Positions 9,772 to 22,111 are shown, numbered from the stretch's first letter. The stretch is DNA of 64,000 bases from Gallionella sp. (GCA_024641025.1 JAHEDW010000004.1:617-64616), one strand, 5' to 3'. A program made the numbers and translations. The notes: a model not told the origin generated them from the letters alone.

Positions 9772-10809
9772 TCATTTATCAGATTTTATACAATCAAGTT
9801 CTTTTTCAAGCTTCTTGATACGTTTGACAAGTTCATCCAGACGCCGCAGGTGTAATGCATTCCTGCGCCAGTCGTCGGTCTTTGAAAATGGATACCCCCC
9901 TGAGTAGGAGCCGGCTTCAGTTATGGATTTACTGATCATCGTGAAACCAGCGATCTCAACATGATCTGCAATTTTCACATGCCCTGTAATACCGGCCATC
10001 CCTCCAATCAGGCAGTAACGGCCAACTGTGGAGCTGCCCGCAACGCCAGCGCAACCGGCAATAGCTGTATGGGCACCAATGCGCACGTTATGTGCAATCA
10101 TTACCATGTTGTCCATTTTTACGCCATCTTCTATTACCGTATCGTCCAATGCCCCGCGGTCGATGGTGGTGTTTGCGCCGATTTCGACGTCATTGCCAAT
10201 CACGACCCGACCGATTTGCGGAATCTTTAACCAACGACCTCGGTCCATAGCTATGCCGAAACCATCCGCTCCTATCACCACACCAGAATGGGCAATCAGG
10301 TCGTCACCGATTAAACAATCGTGGTACACCACTACGCGCGGGTATAAACGCGCTCGACTACCAATGACTACGTTAGCTCCTATGCTGCAACCTTCGCCGA
10401 TGACACTGTGTGCACCTATCTTTGCACCTTCACCAATTACAACGGTTGCCGCAACACTCGCTGTCGCATCAATTATTGCACCCGCGCCAATAATCGCACT
10501 GTGATGAATCCCCGGCTTGACCTCAGGCAAAGGATTGAGCAAAGCAGAGACCCTTGCGAAATATGCGTAAGGGTTATCCGAGATAATACGCGGCAACTCG
10601 GTCAAATCTGCATCTTGCTCAGCCAGAATGACTGCGCCAGCCCGAGTAACGGCAAGCTGCCCAAGGTACCTGCTGTTGGTTAGAAAGGTGATCTGGTCTG
10701 GTTGCGCTGTTTCAAGTGATGCGATCTGGGTGACAATAGCATCGGCATTGCCTAAAACCCGTCCACCCAACTGTGCGGCAATCTCGGATAATCGATAAGA
10801 AACAGACAT
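9772..10809 (-). CDS. lpxD: UDP-3-O-(3-hydroxyacyl)glucosamine N-acyltransferase
   Basis: N-terminal LSEIAAQLGG followed by a long hexapeptide-repeat region. Synteny skp-lpxD-fabZ. Confidence 0.95.
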   Translation of the reverse strand: MSVSYRLSEIAAQLGGRVLGNADAIVTQIASLETAQPDQITFLTNSRYLGQLAVTRAGAVILAEQDADLTELPRIISDNPYAYFARVSALLNPLPEVKPGIHHSAIIGAGAIIDATASVAATVVIGEGAKIGAHSVIGEGCSIGANVVIGSRARLYPRVVVYHDCLIGDDLIAHSGVVIGADGFGIAMDRGRWLKIPQIGRVVIGNDVEIGANTTIDRGALDDTVIEDGVKMDNMVMIAHNVRIGAHTAIAGCAGVAGSSTVGRYCLIGGMAGITGHVKIADHVEIAGFTMISKSITEAGSYSGGYPFSKTDDWRRNALHLRRLDELVKRIKKLEKELDCIKSDK

Positions 10810-10823
10810 GCGTCGCGCTCCGT

Positions 10824-11360
10824 TTATTTACTTTCCTTGCTGTCTGGCTTGCCATCGGTTTTATCTGCAGCAAGCTGCTTTATGACTTTGTCTGTAATAT
10901 CTATCTTTGGATTACGATAAACAGCTTCCTGCAGAATCAGGTCGAATTTTTCGGTGTCAGCTATCGTCTGAATTGCCTTGTTGGCAAGCTCAAGCACCGC
11001 CGCCAATTCTTCATTCTTTCTCAGATTCAGGTCTTCACGAAACTCGCGCTGCATGCGCTGCAAGTCGACATTCAAAGCAGTCAATTCACGCTCCTTGTTT
11101 CGATGCTCAGCATCTGACATTGCCGCACCCTCTTTCTCAAGCAGGGCTTGCAGTTCTTTAGCCTGCTTGATCATATTCTTGATCTCTTCATCACGGCCGG
11201 AAAACTCCCTTTCAATCTTCTTCTCCGCATTCATCGCAGGGACAGCCTCACGTAGCACACGCTCTGTATCAACAACACCCACTTTGAAATCTGCAGAATG
11301 CGCAAAGCCCGCAAAAAGCAAATAGGCCAGCATCACAACATTGATCATGGTCTTCATCAT
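10824..11360 (-). CDS. skp: Periplasmic chaperone Skp (OmpH family)
   Basis: Signal peptide followed by a coiled-coil, Lys/Glu-rich protein. Located between bamA and lpxD. Confidence 0.88.
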   Translation of the reverse strand: MMKTMINVVMLAYLLFAGFAHSADFKVGVVDTERVLREAVPAMNAEKKIEREFSGRDEEIKNMIKQAKELQALLEKEGAAMSDAEHRNKERELTALNVDLQRMQREFREDLNLRKNEELAAVLELANKAIQTIADTEKFDLILQEAVYRNPKIDITDKVIKQLAADKTDGKPDSKESK

Positions 11361-11670
11361 TTATTCCTCCGCATCCATAGCCATCTAATTTACTTGTAGT
11401 CAACCAATGACTAAACACACATAGTTTACCAATTTAGCATGGTAACTATACAAAGCATTTTTTTCACTACTATGGACCTGACAGTTGTCCCATCATTTTC
11501 AAGCACTTGGTAGCATGATTCTATTACCCCTTGGCTACGAGCTCGCTACACCAATAACAAGCTGAGACTTCATGAGGAAAACTTCCCGAATAGTCAAAGC
11601 TTTTTAGTTTCATCACTGCCATACCGCCGTCGAGGACAATCTCTCAAACTGGCGAAACAGCAAGCAATTC

Positions 11671-13977
11671 TTAGAAAATCGAACCCAACGTAAACTGGAA
11701 TCTCTGTACCCTGTCCACCTGACGCTTGTTCAGCGGCGTCGCATAACTAAACTTAAGCGGTCCAACAGGTGACAGCCAGGTTAAAGCCACACCTGCGGAA
11801 AATCTCAATCCCGAACTGCCAGGCAGATCACCAGGGCCATACACTGCACCAGAATCAATAAACCCACTCAAGCGTACAGATTTCTCCTTGTCCATGCCCG
11901 GGAATGGAGCCATCAGTTCCAGCCCGCCAACGATACGTCGATTACCACCCAATACCGAACCAGAGGAATCTCGCGGTCCCAGAGAACTGGCTTCGTAACC
12001 ACGCACCGACCCGGGGCCACCTGCATAAAAATTCTTGAAGAATGGCAACTCCTTGTCGGCATATCCACCTGCAACGCCTGCTTCGCCATTCATAAGCAAG
12101 GTGATGTCCTTGGTCACGGGATAGAACATTTGGTGCTGGTAATTCAGCTTGTAGTAACGCATATCGAACGCTGGCAAGGCTATTTCAGCAAAAATACGTT
12201 GCACGGATCCTTCGGTAGTATAGATCGCACTGTCACGACTGTCCCGCACCCAACCTATTGTTCCCAACAAACTCCTACTGTAAGTTCCAAAGACATTGAC
12301 ATATTGGATCAACCGCGTTGGACTCAAAGGAAACAATCCCAACTCAGTGTTTTCGATCGCAAGGCCATAATTAATGGTTTGTTCCTCAGCAATTGGGACA
12401 CCAAAACGAACACCTCCACCCATCGTATGGGATGAATACTGGCTCACTGCCGTACTTTGGGAATCGCTGTTGCGTTTGTAAACATCGAATCCTCGACTTA
12501 CCCCATCATCGGTATAGTATGGGTTGGTGTAAGAAACAGAATACACCTGATTGATTTTTCCGGTATTGATCTGAGTGGAAAGATAATTCCCGGTTCCAAA
12601 CAGATTCGCCTGAGTCACCCCACCGCTCAACACAAATCCCTCGCCACTTGAGAAACCCGCACCAATTGAGATATTCCCTGTTGATTTCTCCTTGACTGAC
12701 ATATTCACATCGATCTGGTCTGATGTCCCTTGAACCGGCGGGGTTTCGATATTTACTTCCGAGAAGAAATCCAGTTTGTCGACTCGCTGCTTAGATTTCT
12801 TTGTCTTTTCCACATCGAACCATTCTCCCTCGACCTGACGGAATTCGCGCCGAATGACTTCGTCGCGTGTCTTGTCATTCCCAGAGATATTAATACGGCG
12901 TATATATACTCGCTGACCGGGATCCACCATGAAATCAAAAGAGACCAGGTGCTTTTCCCTGTCAATATCTGGAATTGCGTTGACATTGGCAAATGCATAA
13001 CCCTCCTGCCCTAACCGTTCCGCAATCTTCCTGCTGGTTTCAGTCAAAGCCTTGCGGGAAAAGGTATCGCCCTCATTCACTTGGATAAATTTTTTGATTT
13101 CCTCAGTAGGTAGGAGCGTATCACCTGAAACGCTCACTTTTGAAACGGAGTACTTATCGCCCTCGGTGATATTTATAGTTATATAGATATCTTCCTTGTT
13201 CGGCGTGATCGATACTTGTGTGGAATCGATATTGTATTCAAGAAAACCGTTGTCCATATAGAACGAACGCAACGTTTCCAGGTCGGCTGACAGTTTTTGC
13301 TTTGAATACTGGTCGCTGCTGCTGAACCAACTGAATGGGCCCGGCGTGCTTAGATTCATCAGATCAAGCAATTCCGCTTCAGAATATGCCTTGTTTCCAA
13401 TAATATTGATCTGTTTGATCTTTGAAACATCTCCTTCAACTATATTGAACACAATATTGACTCGATTGCGTTCAAGTTCAGTAACAGTAGTGGAAACGGA
13501 AACGCCATATTTCCCTCTCGCAATGTACTGACGCTTCAGTTCCTGTATGGCTTTTTCGAGTACGCCCTTATCGAAGATGCGCGCTTCTGCCAGACCAGCG
13601 TATTTCATGCTCTCCTTGAGCTGATCTTTAGGTATATCCTTAACACCATTAACTTCGATGCTCGCGATTGAAGGCCTTTCTCTCACTTGCACAACAAGTA
13701 CCCCACGATCCACTTTCAAAAGAACATCCTTGAAAAAACCAGTGGCATACAATGCATGAATTGCGGCAGTGGCCTGCTTGTCATCCATGGTGTCGCCAAC
13801 CTTGATTGGCAGATAACTGAAAACCGTACCGGGTTCGGTGCGTTGTATTCCCTCAACACGAATATCCCTGACGATGAACGGATCGATAGCCCAAGCTGAA
13901 GACATACAAAGCAAGGAGATCAATCCCGCCAGTTTGATTGATATCATGTAATTAACCTGAAACAAGCCGATGAACAT
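11671..13977 (-). CDS. bamA: Outer membrane protein assembly factor BamA
   Basis: 768-aa ORF with a signal peptide, POTRA repeats (IRVEG..RT) and a C-terminal beta-barrel ending FQFTLGSIF. The true start may be MISIKLAGL at 13947, 4 nt after the rseP stop. Confidence 0.96.
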   Translation of the reverse strand: MFIGLFQVNYMISIKLAGLISLLCMSSAWAIDPFIVRDIRVEGIQRTEPGTVFSYLPIKVGDTMDDKQATAAIHALYATGFFKDVLLKVDRGVLVVQVRERPSIASIEVNGVKDIPKDQLKESMKYAGLAEARIFDKGVLEKAIQELKRQYIARGKYGVSVSTTVTELERNRVNIVFNIVEGDVSKIKQINIIGNKAYSEAELLDLMNLSTPGPFSWFSSSDQYSKQKLSADLETLRSFYMDNGFLEYNIDSTQVSITPNKEDIYITINITEGDKYSVSKVSVSGDTLLPTEEIKKFIQVNEGDTFSRKALTETSRKIAERLGQEGYAFANVNAIPDIDREKHLVSFDFMVDPGQRVYIRRINISGNDKTRDEVIRREFRQVEGEWFDVEKTKKSKQRVDKLDFFSEVNIETPPVQGTSDQIDVNMSVKEKSTGNISIGAGFSSGEGFVLSGGVTQANLFGTGNYLSTQINTGKINQVYSVSYTNPYYTDDGVSRGFDVYKRNSDSQSTAVSQYSSHTMGGGVRFGVPIAEEQTINYGLAIENTELGLFPLSPTRLIQYVNVFGTYSRSLLGTIGWVRDSRDSAIYTTEGSVQRIFAEIALPAFDMRYYKLNYQHQMFYPVTKDITLLMNGEAGVAGGYADKELPFFKNFYAGGPGSVRGYEASSLGPRDSSGSVLGGNRRIVGGLELMAPFPGMDKEKSVRLSGFIDSGAVYGPGDLPGSSGLRFSAGVALTWLSPVGPLKFSYATPLNKRQVDRVQRFQFTLGSIF

Positions 13978-15307
13978 CGTTGTAGATGGCGAAGACCATC
14001 AGAGTGCCGAGCAACGCAATCCCGATTTTTTGACCGAATTGCCAAGCCTGTTCAGAGACCGGGCTACCTTTTGCCAATTCGACGACATAATACAGCAAGT
14101 GTCCTCCATCTAATAATGGGATCGGCAACAAATTCAATACTCCAAGACTGATGCTGATCAGTGCCAGAAAGCCAAGGTATGCCGCAATGCCCATTGCAGC
14201 AGACTGTCCAGCATAGTCAGCTATCGTGATTGGACCACTGAGATTTTTTACAGACACTTCTCCCATCACCATCTTGGCCAGCATCTTCAATGTTATTACA
14301 GATGTTTCCCAAGTCTTGCGCATTGAATGGGCCAACGCCTCAACAGGGTTGTAATTCACCTCGACCATCATCGACTGCCATTGCGCCGAGTTTATTAGTG
14401 GAGCTGCACCGATTTTGCCCACCATGATTCCTGATTCGTCAACTGACTGAGGCACCAACTCAATTGTCAGCATCGATTCTCCACGCTTAATTTCAAGTTG
14501 CAGGGTTTGACCTGGATGCTTGCGCACCATATCGACGAATTCGCTCCAAAGGTTGATCGGCAAACCATTTGCCCCCAAGATCCTGTCACCCATCTCAAGA
14601 CCTGAGCGTTGCGCCACGTCGCCTTCAGAAAGCTTTCCGATTACCGGTAAAACCACAGGCTGATAAAGATGAAGGCCGAGTTTATCCATGAAGTCACCAT
14701 CAAGATCTCTCGCCTCTAAATTGCTCAAGTCCAGATTAAGTAACTTTGACGAACCACTGGAGTTTTGGGCCTCGATTCTTACTTCTGCCTGCTTCAAGGA
14801 CAAGTCCAGCAAACGCCAACGCAGATCCTGCCAACTCGGAACCGTCTCGTCGTTGATCCTGAGAATGATGTCGCCCGATTGCAGTTGCGCAATTTCAGCT
14901 GATGATCCTGGCGGAATATCACCCAGCATTGGTTTCAATCCCGGCACACCGTGCACGAACATCGCCCAATACAAGACAATAGCAAGTAAAAAATTCGCCA
15001 CAGGGCCAGCCACGACGATTGCCATGCGCTGCAGAACCGGTTTTCGATTGAATGCGTATTGAAGGTCTTCCGGGGCTACTTCATCTTCGCGCTCGTCCAC
15101 CATCTTTACGTAGCCACCAAGCGGGATGGCCGAGATCACCCACTCGGTTGGACTATTGGCAAAGCGCTTTCTGTATATCACCCTGCCGAAACCCACTGAA
15201 AAACGTAGTACTTTAACTTCACAGCGACGAGCCACCCAATAGTGTCCCAACTCATGGAATACAACCAACAGGGCGATTGCACCGACAAACGCAAGCAAGG
15301 TAACCAT
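13952..15307 (-). CDS. rseP: RIP zinc metalloprotease RseP
   Basis: HELGHY motif, PDZ region and LLPIPLLDGGH motif. Confidence 0.95.
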   Translation of the reverse strand: MVTLLAFVGAIALLVVFHELGHYWVARRCEVKVLRFSVGFGRVIYRKRFANSPTEWVISAIPLGGYVKMVDEREDEVAPEDLQYAFNRKPVLQRMAIVVAGPVANFLLAIVLYWAMFVHGVPGLKPMLGDIPPGSSAEIAQLQSGDIILRINDETVPSWQDLRWRLLDLSLKQAEVRIEAQNSSGSSKLLNLDLSNLEARDLDGDFMDKLGLHLYQPVVLPVIGKLSEGDVAQRSGLEMGDRILGANGLPINLWSEFVDMVRKHPGQTLQLEIKRGESMLTIELVPQSVDESGIMVGKIGAAPLINSAQWQSMMVEVNYNPVEALAHSMRKTWETSVITLKMLAKMVMGEVSVKNLSGPITIADYAGQSAAMGIAAYLGFLALISISLGVLNLLPIPLLDGGHLLYYVVELAKGSPVSEQAWQFGQKIGIALLGTLMVFAIYNDVHRLVSG

Positions 15308-15308
15308 G

Positions 15309-16523
15309 TTAAAGGCTCCCGCGCAAGGCTACACTGCGCCTTGATGGCGGCAGAGCATGAATTTTTTGTACTGCGGTTCTTCGCGCTTCGGTATCGGCAC
15401 CAATCACGTCATCAATACAATTTACCGCTGTGACCGGGAGTTCGCTCAGTACCGATGCGATTACGCGCGGTATATCCAAGAATGAAATCTGTCCTTCCAG
15501 AAAAGACTCGACAGCAACCTCGTTGGCAGCATTCAACACTGCCGGAGCTGTGCCTGCCGTGCGCAAGGCCTGATAAGCCAGTTCTAGGCAGGGAAAGCGT
15601 TCAAAGTCCGGCGCGACGAAATCAAGCGTTGCAACCTTGAACAAATCCAGAGAAGCCACACCTGAATCAATCCGCTCGGGGTAAGCCAATCCATATGCGA
15701 TCGGAGTACGCATGTCTGGATTGCCAAGTTGCGCAAGCACCGAGCCATCCACATATTCGACGAGCGAATGAATCACGCTTTGAGGATGTACCACCACCTG
15801 GATGTCATCAGCGCTTGCGCCAAACAACCAATGAGCCTCAATTACCTCCAAACCCTTGTTCATCATCGTGGCTGAATCTACAGATATTTTACGGCCCATT
15901 ACCCAGTTCGGATGTGCACAAGCCTGTTGCGGCGTGACATCGTAAAGTTCTGTCAATGGGGTGTTACGGAACGGCCCTCCAGACGCAGTGAGCAGAATAC
16001 GTCGCACACCATTGCCTATCAGATTGCCGTCGTAGTCTCGCGGGAGCGCCTGAAAAATCGCATTGTGTTCACTGTCGATCGGTAATAGCGATGAACCACT
16101 GGCACGTACTGCATCCATGAACACATTACCAGCCATCACCAGTATTTCCTTGTTTGCCAGCAGTATCTTCTTGCCTGCACGTGCAGCCGCCAGCGTTGGT
16201 TGTAAGCCAGCTGCACCGACGATAGCGGCCATCACTGCATCCACTTCCTCCAAAACGGCTACCTGCTCAAGTGCAGCCAAGCCGCTCAATACTTCAATGT
16301 CCAAACCAGCTTCAACTACTCGTTGACGCAAGTGTGTTGCTGATCGTTCATCCATCAGCACAGCATATTTAGGTTTGAACTGTCGACATTGCTGGAACAA
16401 CAAGTCAGCCTGACGATTAGCAGTCAGGGCATGGACTTGGAATCGATCTGGGTGGCGGGCCACCACATCCAACGTACTTGTGCCAATACTTCCGGTAGAA
16501 CCCAAAATGGTAATTCGCTGCAT
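15309..16523 (-). CDS. dxr: 1-deoxy-D-xylulose-5-phosphate reductoisomerase
   Basis: [14 protein letters not shown] motif, LLANKE and DSEHNAIFQ motifs. Confidence 0.97.
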   Translation of the reverse strand: MQRITILGSTGSIGTSTLDVVARHPDRFQVHALTANRQADLLFQQCRQFKPKYAVLMDERSATHLRQRVVEAGLDIEVLSGLAALEQVAVLEEVDAVMAAIVGAAGLQPTLAAARAGKKILLANKEILVMAGNVFMDAVRASGSSLLPIDSEHNAIFQALPRDYDGNLIGNGVRRILLTASGGPFRNTPLTELYDVTPQQACAHPNWVMGRKISVDSATMMNKGLEVIEAHWLFGASADDIQVVVHPQSVIHSLVEYVDGSVLAQLGNPDMRTPIAYGLAYPERIDSGVASLDLFKVATLDFVAPDFERFPCLELAYQALRTAGTAPAVLNAANEVAVESFLEGQISFLDIPRVIASVLSELPVTAVNCIDDVIGADTEARRTAVQKIHALPPSRRSVALRGSL

Positions 16524-16529
16524 AGCTGC

Positions 16530-17351
16530 TTATTTTATCTGTTGCATCAGGATGACAAGTGCCGCAAGCGGCAAGGTCGATGTCAATGCATCGATGCGAT
16601 CGAGCAAGCCTCCGTGCCCTGGCAACAGTGCACCGCTATCCTTTACACCGGCCTGGCGCTTGATGGCAGACTCGAACAAATCTCCAATCACAGCAAGCCC
16701 AACCCACCACCATGAGGCCAATAACATGAAAGGCAGAACTCCACCAAATTCGAGTTTGGCGTTGAACCAAACCACAAGGACATATACAGAAACGCCCAGT
16801 ATCGCGCCAGCAACACCTTCCCATGTCTTGCCGGGGCTGATATTTGGGGCAAGTTTACTCTTCCCGAATCTTCTTCCTGCAAAATATGCCGAGATGTCGG
16901 CTACCCAGACCAGTCCCATCATGAACAAAAGCAGCCAAGGACTGATGACCCGCAGATCCAGCATTGCCAAGCCTGTTGGAATCAATACTGCCCATCCGGT
17001 CAACGCCAACAGCAACGGATGCTTGATCTTCCATCCTGCTATCAGCCATGTTGGAACGATAATTACCCAAAGCAGGGCAGAAACTGCATAAATTGGCAAA
17101 TGTGCTAACAATTGCTGTTGGTACGAATGCTGGGAATCGTACCACGTCATACCAAGCATCATCAGCAGTGACGACCACCAGAACAAATTGGCATTCGTGC
17201 TGCTGAATTTCGACAGCCTTGCCCACTCAGAAGCTCCCTGCAAAACGAGCAGAATCACCAGTGCGATCCAACCTGCAATTGGCAACTCGAATAGCGCCAA
17301 TACAAAAACAACCAGCAATATAAGCGCAGTAATCACCCGGGACTTAAGCAT
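16530..17351 (-). CDS. cdsA: Phosphatidate cytidylyltransferase
   Basis: Polytopic membrane protein with the KRxxGVKDSGxLLPGHGGxLDRxD signature. The start [10 protein letters not shown] at 17351 overlaps the uppS end by 8 nt (ATGCTTAA). The track ORF's 76-aa N-terminal extension lies inside uppS and is rejected. Confidence 0.93.
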   Translation of the reverse strand: MLKSRVITALILLVVFVLALFELPIAGWIALVILLVLQGASEWARLSKFSSTNANLFWWSSLLMMLGMTWYDSQHSYQQQLLAHLPIYAVSALLWVIIVPTWLIAGWKIKHPLLLALTGWAVLIPTGLAMLDLRVISPWLLLFMMGLVWVADISAYFAGRRFGKSKLAPNISPGKTWEGVAGAILGVSVYVLVVWFNAKLEFGGVLPFMLLASWWWVGLAVIGDLFESAIKRQAGVKDSGALLPGHGGLLDRIDALTSTLPLAALVILMQQIK

Positions 17352-18123
17352 TTCTGTTCCTTGTTTTCTGCCGCTCCTCCAACTGTTCGCTGGTCCGACC
17401 GAAACGGCGTTCGCGCTGCTGATAAGAAGCGATTGCTGTATCAAGTTCCTTGCGGCCAAATGCAGGCCATAGGACATCGGTAAAATATAGTTCGGTATAT
17501 GCCAATTGCCAAAGCATGAAATTGCTGATGCGCTGCTCACCCCCGGTGCGAATGAAAAGATCGGGTTCAGGAGCATCACTCATGGAAAGATAGGGCCGCA
17601 AATCTTCTTCGCTAAAACTTTGCGCAAGTTGAGGTTGCTCCCTGAGCATTGATTTTACTGCCTGCATAACATCCCATCGCCCGCCGTAATTAGCTGCAAT
17701 GGTCAGCGTCAGCGCGTCATTGTTCTCAGTGAGTTGCTCTGCCTCGTGCATGGTCTTCCTGAGCTTTTCGTCGAATTGGCTGCGCTCGCCAATGATTTTT
17801 AACCGTATGTTGTTCGCATGGAGTTTGGCGACCTCGCGCTCAAGCATTATCATGAAAAGTGACATCAGAAAGGAAACTTCCTCAACAGGTCGACGCCAGT
17901 TCTCACTACTGAATGCAAACACTGTCAGATATCCTACACCCAACCCACGGCATGCCTTCACAACCTCACGTAATGCCTCTACCCCGCGCTGATGTCCCGC
18001 CACACGCGGCATGAAACGTTGCTTCGCCCAACGCCCATTGCCATCCATAATAATGGCTATATGACTGGGTATACGGGCTGTTTCCGGTATGGCAAGGGTG
18101 GAACTGGGCTGAAGTTTTACCAT
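17344..18123 (-). CDS. uppS: Di-trans,poly-cis-undecaprenyl-diphosphate synthase
   Basis: [23 protein letters not shown] and [11 protein letters not shown] motifs. Confidence 0.97.
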   Translation of the reverse strand: MVKLQPSSTLAIPETARIPSHIAIIMDGNGRWAKQRFMPRVAGHQRGVEALREVVKACRGLGVGYLTVFAFSSENWRRPVEEVSFLMSLFMIMLEREVAKLHANNIRLKIIGERSQFDEKLRKTMHEAEQLTENNDALTLTIAANYGGRWDVMQAVKSMLREQPQLAQSFSEEDLRPYLSMSDAPEPDLFIRTGGEQRISNFMLWQLAYTELYFTDVLWPAFGRKELDTAIASYQQRERRFGRTSEQLEERQKTRNRNA

Positions 18124-18144
18124 GATTCCAAGTAATGGACCGGA

Positions 18145-18702
18145 TCAGACGGCCATCAGGTCCGCTTCTTTGGCGACAAGTGCCTTGTCAATCTCAGCGA
18201 CGAAACGGTCGGTTAACTTCTGGATCTCGTCTTGCGTACGACGCTCCACGTCTTCTGCAATTTCCTTGTTTTTGAGTGCTTCCTTAAGCGTGTTATTGGC
18301 ATCCCGACGGATATTACGCACTGCCACCTTGGCAGTCTCGCCTTCGGACTTGATTACTTTGATCAGGTCGCGGCGCCGCTCTTCGGTTAGCATTGGCATC
18401 GGCACCCTTATCAGTTCACCGCTGGTAGCAGGGTTCAGCCCCAAATCTGAGTCTCGTATTGCTCGCTCGACTGGTCCTACCATATTCTTTTCCCATGGCT
18501 GGACACCGATCGTGCGTGCGTCGATCAGTGTGACATTAGCCACTTGGGTAATCAACGTCGGGTTCCCGTAGTATTCCACCGTCACATGATCCAGCAGGCC
18601 GGTGTGCGCCCTTCCGGTACGCACTTTACCCAAATCGGCTTTCAGTGCCTCCAGTGATTTCAGCATTTTCTGCTCGGTGGTCTTTTTGATTTCAGCAATC
18701 AT
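18145..18702 (-). CDS. frr: Ribosome recycling factor
   Basis: 185 aa with VRTGRA and RRD.N motifs. Synteny pyrH-frr. Confidence 0.97.
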   Translation of the reverse strand: MIAEIKKTTEQKMLKSLEALKADLGKVRTGRAHTGLLDHVTVEYYGNPTLITQVANVTLIDARTIGVQPWEKNMVGPVERAIRDSDLGLNPATSGELIRVPMPMLTEERRRDLIKVIKSEGETAKVAVRNIRRDANNTLKEALKNKEIAEDVERRTQDEIQKLTDRFVAEIDKALVAKEADLMAV

Positions 18703-18752
18703 GGTCGAACTCAGCTATCACAGTTTATCTCCTTGACCAGTCCATACACACA

Positions 18753-19472
18753 CTAATCTACTCGTACCAGGGTGCCTTCATTTTCACCCATAACCACACG
18801 TTTAAGAGCGCCTGACTTGAAAATACTGAAAACGATAATCGGCAGTTTCTGATCGCGACACAGGGTCAAGGCTGTTGAATCCATCACCTTGAGATTCTTG
18901 CTGATCGCTTCATCAAAACCCAGGATCTGATAGCGAGTCGCCTTTGGATCCTTCTTCGGGTCGGCAGTATATACACCATCAACCTTGGTCGCTTTTATCA
19001 CCACTTCTGCGGACATTTCCACACCACGCAATGCTGCAGCGGTATCAGTAGTAAAAAATGGACTGCCGATACCCGCTGCGAATATGACAACTTTGCCGTC
19101 CTCAAGATAGCGAAGTGCCTTCCCTCGGATGAATGGTTCGGCAACCTGTTCAAGATTCAGCGCAGATTGAATGCGGCAATCAAGTCCAGCGCGAGTCATC
19201 GCATCCTGCAGTGCCATGGAATTCATAACGGTGGCCAGCATGCCCATATAATCGGCAGTAGCCCTGTCCATACCTGCGGCAGCAGGAGCAACACCCCGAA
19301 ATATATTCCCGCCTCCGATCACGATCGCCACCTGAACGCCAAGCCCGATGACTTCAGAAATCTCTGCGACGATACGCTCAATCACTTCGCGATTTATGCC
19401 AAAGCTGTCATCGCCCATTAGGGCTTCGCCGCTCAGCTTGAGCATGATACGCTTGTAGGCGGGCGCACTCAT
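18753..19472 (-). CDS. pyrH: UMP kinase
   Basis: [13 protein letters not shown] and [10 protein letters not shown] motifs. Confidence 0.97.
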   Translation of the reverse strand: MSAPAYKRIMLKLSGEALMGDDSFGINREVIERIVAEISEVIGLGVQVAIVIGGGNIFRGVAPAAAGMDRATADYMGMLATVMNSMALQDAMTRAGLDCRIQSALNLEQVAEPFIRGKALRYLEDGKVVIFAAGIGSPFFTTDTAAALRGVEMSAEVVIKATKVDGVYTADPKKDPKATRYQILGFDEAISKNLKVMDSTALTLCRDQKLPIIVFSIFKSGALKRVVMGENEGTLVRVD

Positions 19473-19477
19473 GCTTG

Positions 19478-20377
19478 CTAGCCCTTGGCTGCCGCTACCG
19501 CAGCCGCCACTTCAGCAGCATAGTCCTCGACCTTTTTTTCGATGCCCTCTCCTACTACATACATCTGGAAAGCATTGACTGAAGCACCTTTGCTTTTCAA
19601 CAACTGTTCTATAGTCTGCTTACCGTCCTCAGCTTTGACAAACACTTGCCCAAGCAGAGTTACTTCCTTGAGGAACTTCTGAACAGTACCTTCGGCAATT
19701 TTTTCCAGCATTGCATCTGGCTTACCTGCCTCGCGCGCCTTCTCAATCGCGATACGGCGCTCTGTTTCGATTTCAGCCTGATTTACACCTGAGACATCTA
19801 TAGACTTAGGTTTGCTTGCAGCGATGTGCATACATAGATCACGGCCCAACGTATCATCCCCACCGGTGAATTGCAGCAACACGCCTATCTTGCTGCCGTG
19901 CAGATAACTGGATAACTTCCCCGTGCTGGTCTTGTACCGCTCGAAACGACGAATACTAACGTTCTCGCCGAGCTTCATCACCAATGCCTTACGAGATTCT
20001 TCGACTGTATCCGTGCCATTTACCAACTTCATGCCTGACAATGCAGTGATATCTGCAGGATCCTCTTTCGCTACGGTTTCAGCTAAATTCTTTGCAAACG
20101 CCATGAAATCATCGTTTTTCGCAACGAAGTCGGTTTCGCAGTTCACTTCTACAACTGCACCGGTTTTCGCATCTGGAGAGATGAACGCGCTAACCACCCC
20201 TTCGGCAGTCACGCGAGTGGCAGCCTTGCTTGCCTTTGCCCCACTCTTGATTCGCAATTGCTCCTCGGCAACCTTGAAATCCCCCTTGGATTCAACCAGA
20301 GCCTTTTTACATTCCATCATGCCGAGACCAGTTGCCTCACGCAATTCCTTGACCATACTTGCAGTAATTTCTGACAT
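19478..20377 (-). CDS. tsf: Translation elongation factor Ts
   Basis: [27 protein letters not shown]-like N-terminus. Confidence 0.97.
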   Translation of the reverse strand: MSEITASMVKELREATGLGMMECKKALVESKGDFKVAEEQLRIKSGAKASKAATRVTAEGVVSAFISPDAKTGAVVEVNCETDFVAKNDDFMAFAKNLAETVAKEDPADITALSGMKLVNGTDTVEESRKALVMKLGENVSIRRFERYKTSTGKLSSYLHGSKIGVLLQFTGGDDTLGRDLCMHIAASKPKSIDVSGVNQAEIETERRIAIEKAREAGKPDAMLEKIAEGTVQKFLKEVTLLGQVFVKAEDGKQTIEQLLKSKGASVNAFQMYVVGEGIEKKVEDYAAEVAAAVAAAKG

Positions 20378-20411
20378 CTTCTACTCCATAATTAAATTCT
20401 ATTAATACTAA

Positions 20412-22085
20412 TCAATCCGTTACGGCACCCTTACTTGCCGTCGATACCAACTTGGCATATTTGGCCAGCACTCCTCGTGTATAGCGTGGCTCGGGAGGTC
20501 GCCAGGATGCACGACGTCGCATAAGTTCTTCATCATCAACGTTCAGTTGCAACAACCGCGCATCGGCATCAATGGTGATTGAATCTCCTTCGAGCACTAA
20601 CGCGATATTCCCCCCTACCGCAGCCTCAGGTGCGACATGACCAACCACCATTCCGTATGTACCACCGGAAAACCTACCATCGGTAATCAGGCCGACCGAA
20701 TCACCCAATCCTTCGCCGATAATCGCCGAAGTGGGCGACAACATTTCGCGCATGCCCGGACCACCTTTTGGACCCTCGTATCGTATGATGATCACATCAC
20801 CAGCCTTAATTTTCCGAGATAGTATTGCTTCCATGCAGGATTCTTCAGATTCGAATACCCGTGCAGGCCCGGTTATCTTGTGCAGCTTGATTCCAGTAAT
20901 CTTCGCAACCGCACCTTCTTCCGCCAGATTTCCTTTCAGTATTGCAAGGTGTCCTTGGGGATAGACAGGGTTAGTCCATGGGCGAATCACATCCTGATCC
21001 TTGCGAGGCTCAACTGGAATATCATTCAATAGTGCCTCGATCGTCTGACCTGTGATGGTTAGTGCATCACCATGTAACAAGCCATGTGCGAGCAATATCT
21101 TCATTACCTGTGGAATGCCTCCGGCTTTGTGTAGGTCGGTAGCAACGTACTTTCCGGATGGCTTTAAGTCGCACAATACCGGCACGCGTGCACGGATAGT
21201 TTCGAAATCATCGATTGACAAAGTAACCTGTGCAGCATGAGCTATGGACAGAAGATGAAGTACCGCGTTAGTGGAACCTCCTACCGCCATAACCACCGCA
21301 ATAGCGTTCTCGAAAGCCTTACGCGTCAATAACTGGCGTGGAAGGATCTGTTTTTTGATTGCATTCACCAAGACTTCTGCGGATTTTGCAGTACTCTCTG
21401 CTTTTTCCAGATCTTCGGCTGCCATCGTCGAGGAGTACATCAAGCTCAGACCCATTGCCTCGATTGCTGATGACATCGTGTTCGCGGTATACATACCACC
21501 GCAAGAACCGGCGCCAGGACATGCGTGACGCTCAATCTCCATCAGTTCCTTTTCATCGATCTTCTGAGCAGTGAACTGTCCTACCGCCTCGAACGAACTC
21601 ACGATGGTCAAGTCGCGATCCTTGTAATGACCCGGCTTGATTGTTCCACCATAGACGAATATTGCCGGGATGTTAAGTCGCGCAAGCGCAATCATCGCGC
21701 CTGGCATGTTCTTGTCGCAACCGCCGATAGCAAGAACACCATCCATGCTCTGTCCATTACAAACGGTCTCGATGGAATCGGCGATAACCTCACGCGAAAC
21801 CAGCGAATACTTCATACCCTCGGTGCCCATCGATATTCCGTCAGAGATCGTGATGGTACCGAACACCTGCGGCATGGCTCCCGCCTTCTTCAAAGCCGCC
21901 TCGGCTCGATCTGCCAATACACCAATCCCCTTGTTGCATGGTGTTATGGTGCTGTGTGCGTTCGCAACGCCGACGATGGGCTTTTCGAAGTCCTTGTCGC
22001 CAAAACCAACTGCCCGCAGCATCGCTCTGTTTGGCGAACGCTGCACACCTTGAGTGACGATTTTGCTTCTGATATTGTCTGACAT
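20412..22085 (-). CDS. ilvD: Dihydroxy-acid dehydratase (short, 557-aa type)
   Basis: [20 protein letters not shown] and GGPGMREML motifs. Sits between rpsB and tsf. Confidence 0.95.
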   Translation of the reverse strand: MSDNIRSKIVTQGVQRSPNRAMLRAVGFGDKDFEKPIVGVANAHSTITPCNKGIGVLADRAEAALKKAGAMPQVFGTITISDGISMGTEGMKYSLVSREVIADSIETVCNGQSMDGVLAIGGCDKNMPGAMIALARLNIPAIFVYGGTIKPGHYKDRDLTIVSSFEAVGQFTAQKIDEKELMEIERHACPGAGSCGGMYTANTMSSAIEAMGLSLMYSSTMAAEDLEKAESTAKSAEVLVNAIKKQILPRQLLTRKAFENAIAVVMAVGGSTNAVLHLLSIAHAAQVTLSIDDFETIRARVPVLCDLKPSGKYVATDLHKAGGIPQVMKILLAHGLLHGDALTITGQTIEALLNDIPVEPRKDQDVIRPWTNPVYPQGHLAILKGNLAEEGAVAKITGIKLHKITGPARVFESEESCMEAILSRKIKAGDVIIIRYEGPKGGPGMREMLSPTSAIIGEGLGDSVGLITDGRFSGGTYGMVVGHVAPEAAVGGNIALVLEGDSITIDADARLLQLNVDDEELMRRRASWRPPEPRYTRGVLAKYAKLVSTASKGAVTD

Positions 22086-22111
22086 GATAGTCGTATATAA
22101 TTAGATTACTT

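Noticed and set aside
11540-11641. 33-codon ORF inside the bamA-skp spacer
   Set aside because: It has no Shine-Dalgarno, no recognisable motif and no hydrophobic or signal features. It is reported only as part of the spacer observation.
16480-17091. 203-codon plus-strand ORF, with similar antisense ORFs at 10028-10504, 21525-22082, 34305-34796, 51954-52550 and 57600-58103
   Set aside because: Each is antisense to a strongly supported gene (cdsA, lpxD, ilvD, rne, DUF389, zapE). The translations are compositionally skewed and motif-free.
17352-17579. 76-codon N-terminal extension of the cdsA ORF
   Set aside because: The extension lies inside the uppS coding region. The conserved CdsA sequence starts at [10 protein letters not shown] (ATG 17351), giving a typical 8-nt overlap. 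The same logic was applied to the trpS (1608-1670), yciO (2905-2958), lpxA (9257-9280), ybbP (25772-25810), tesA (26366-26431), uvrB (60663-60692) and lipoprotein (41762-41836) extensions.
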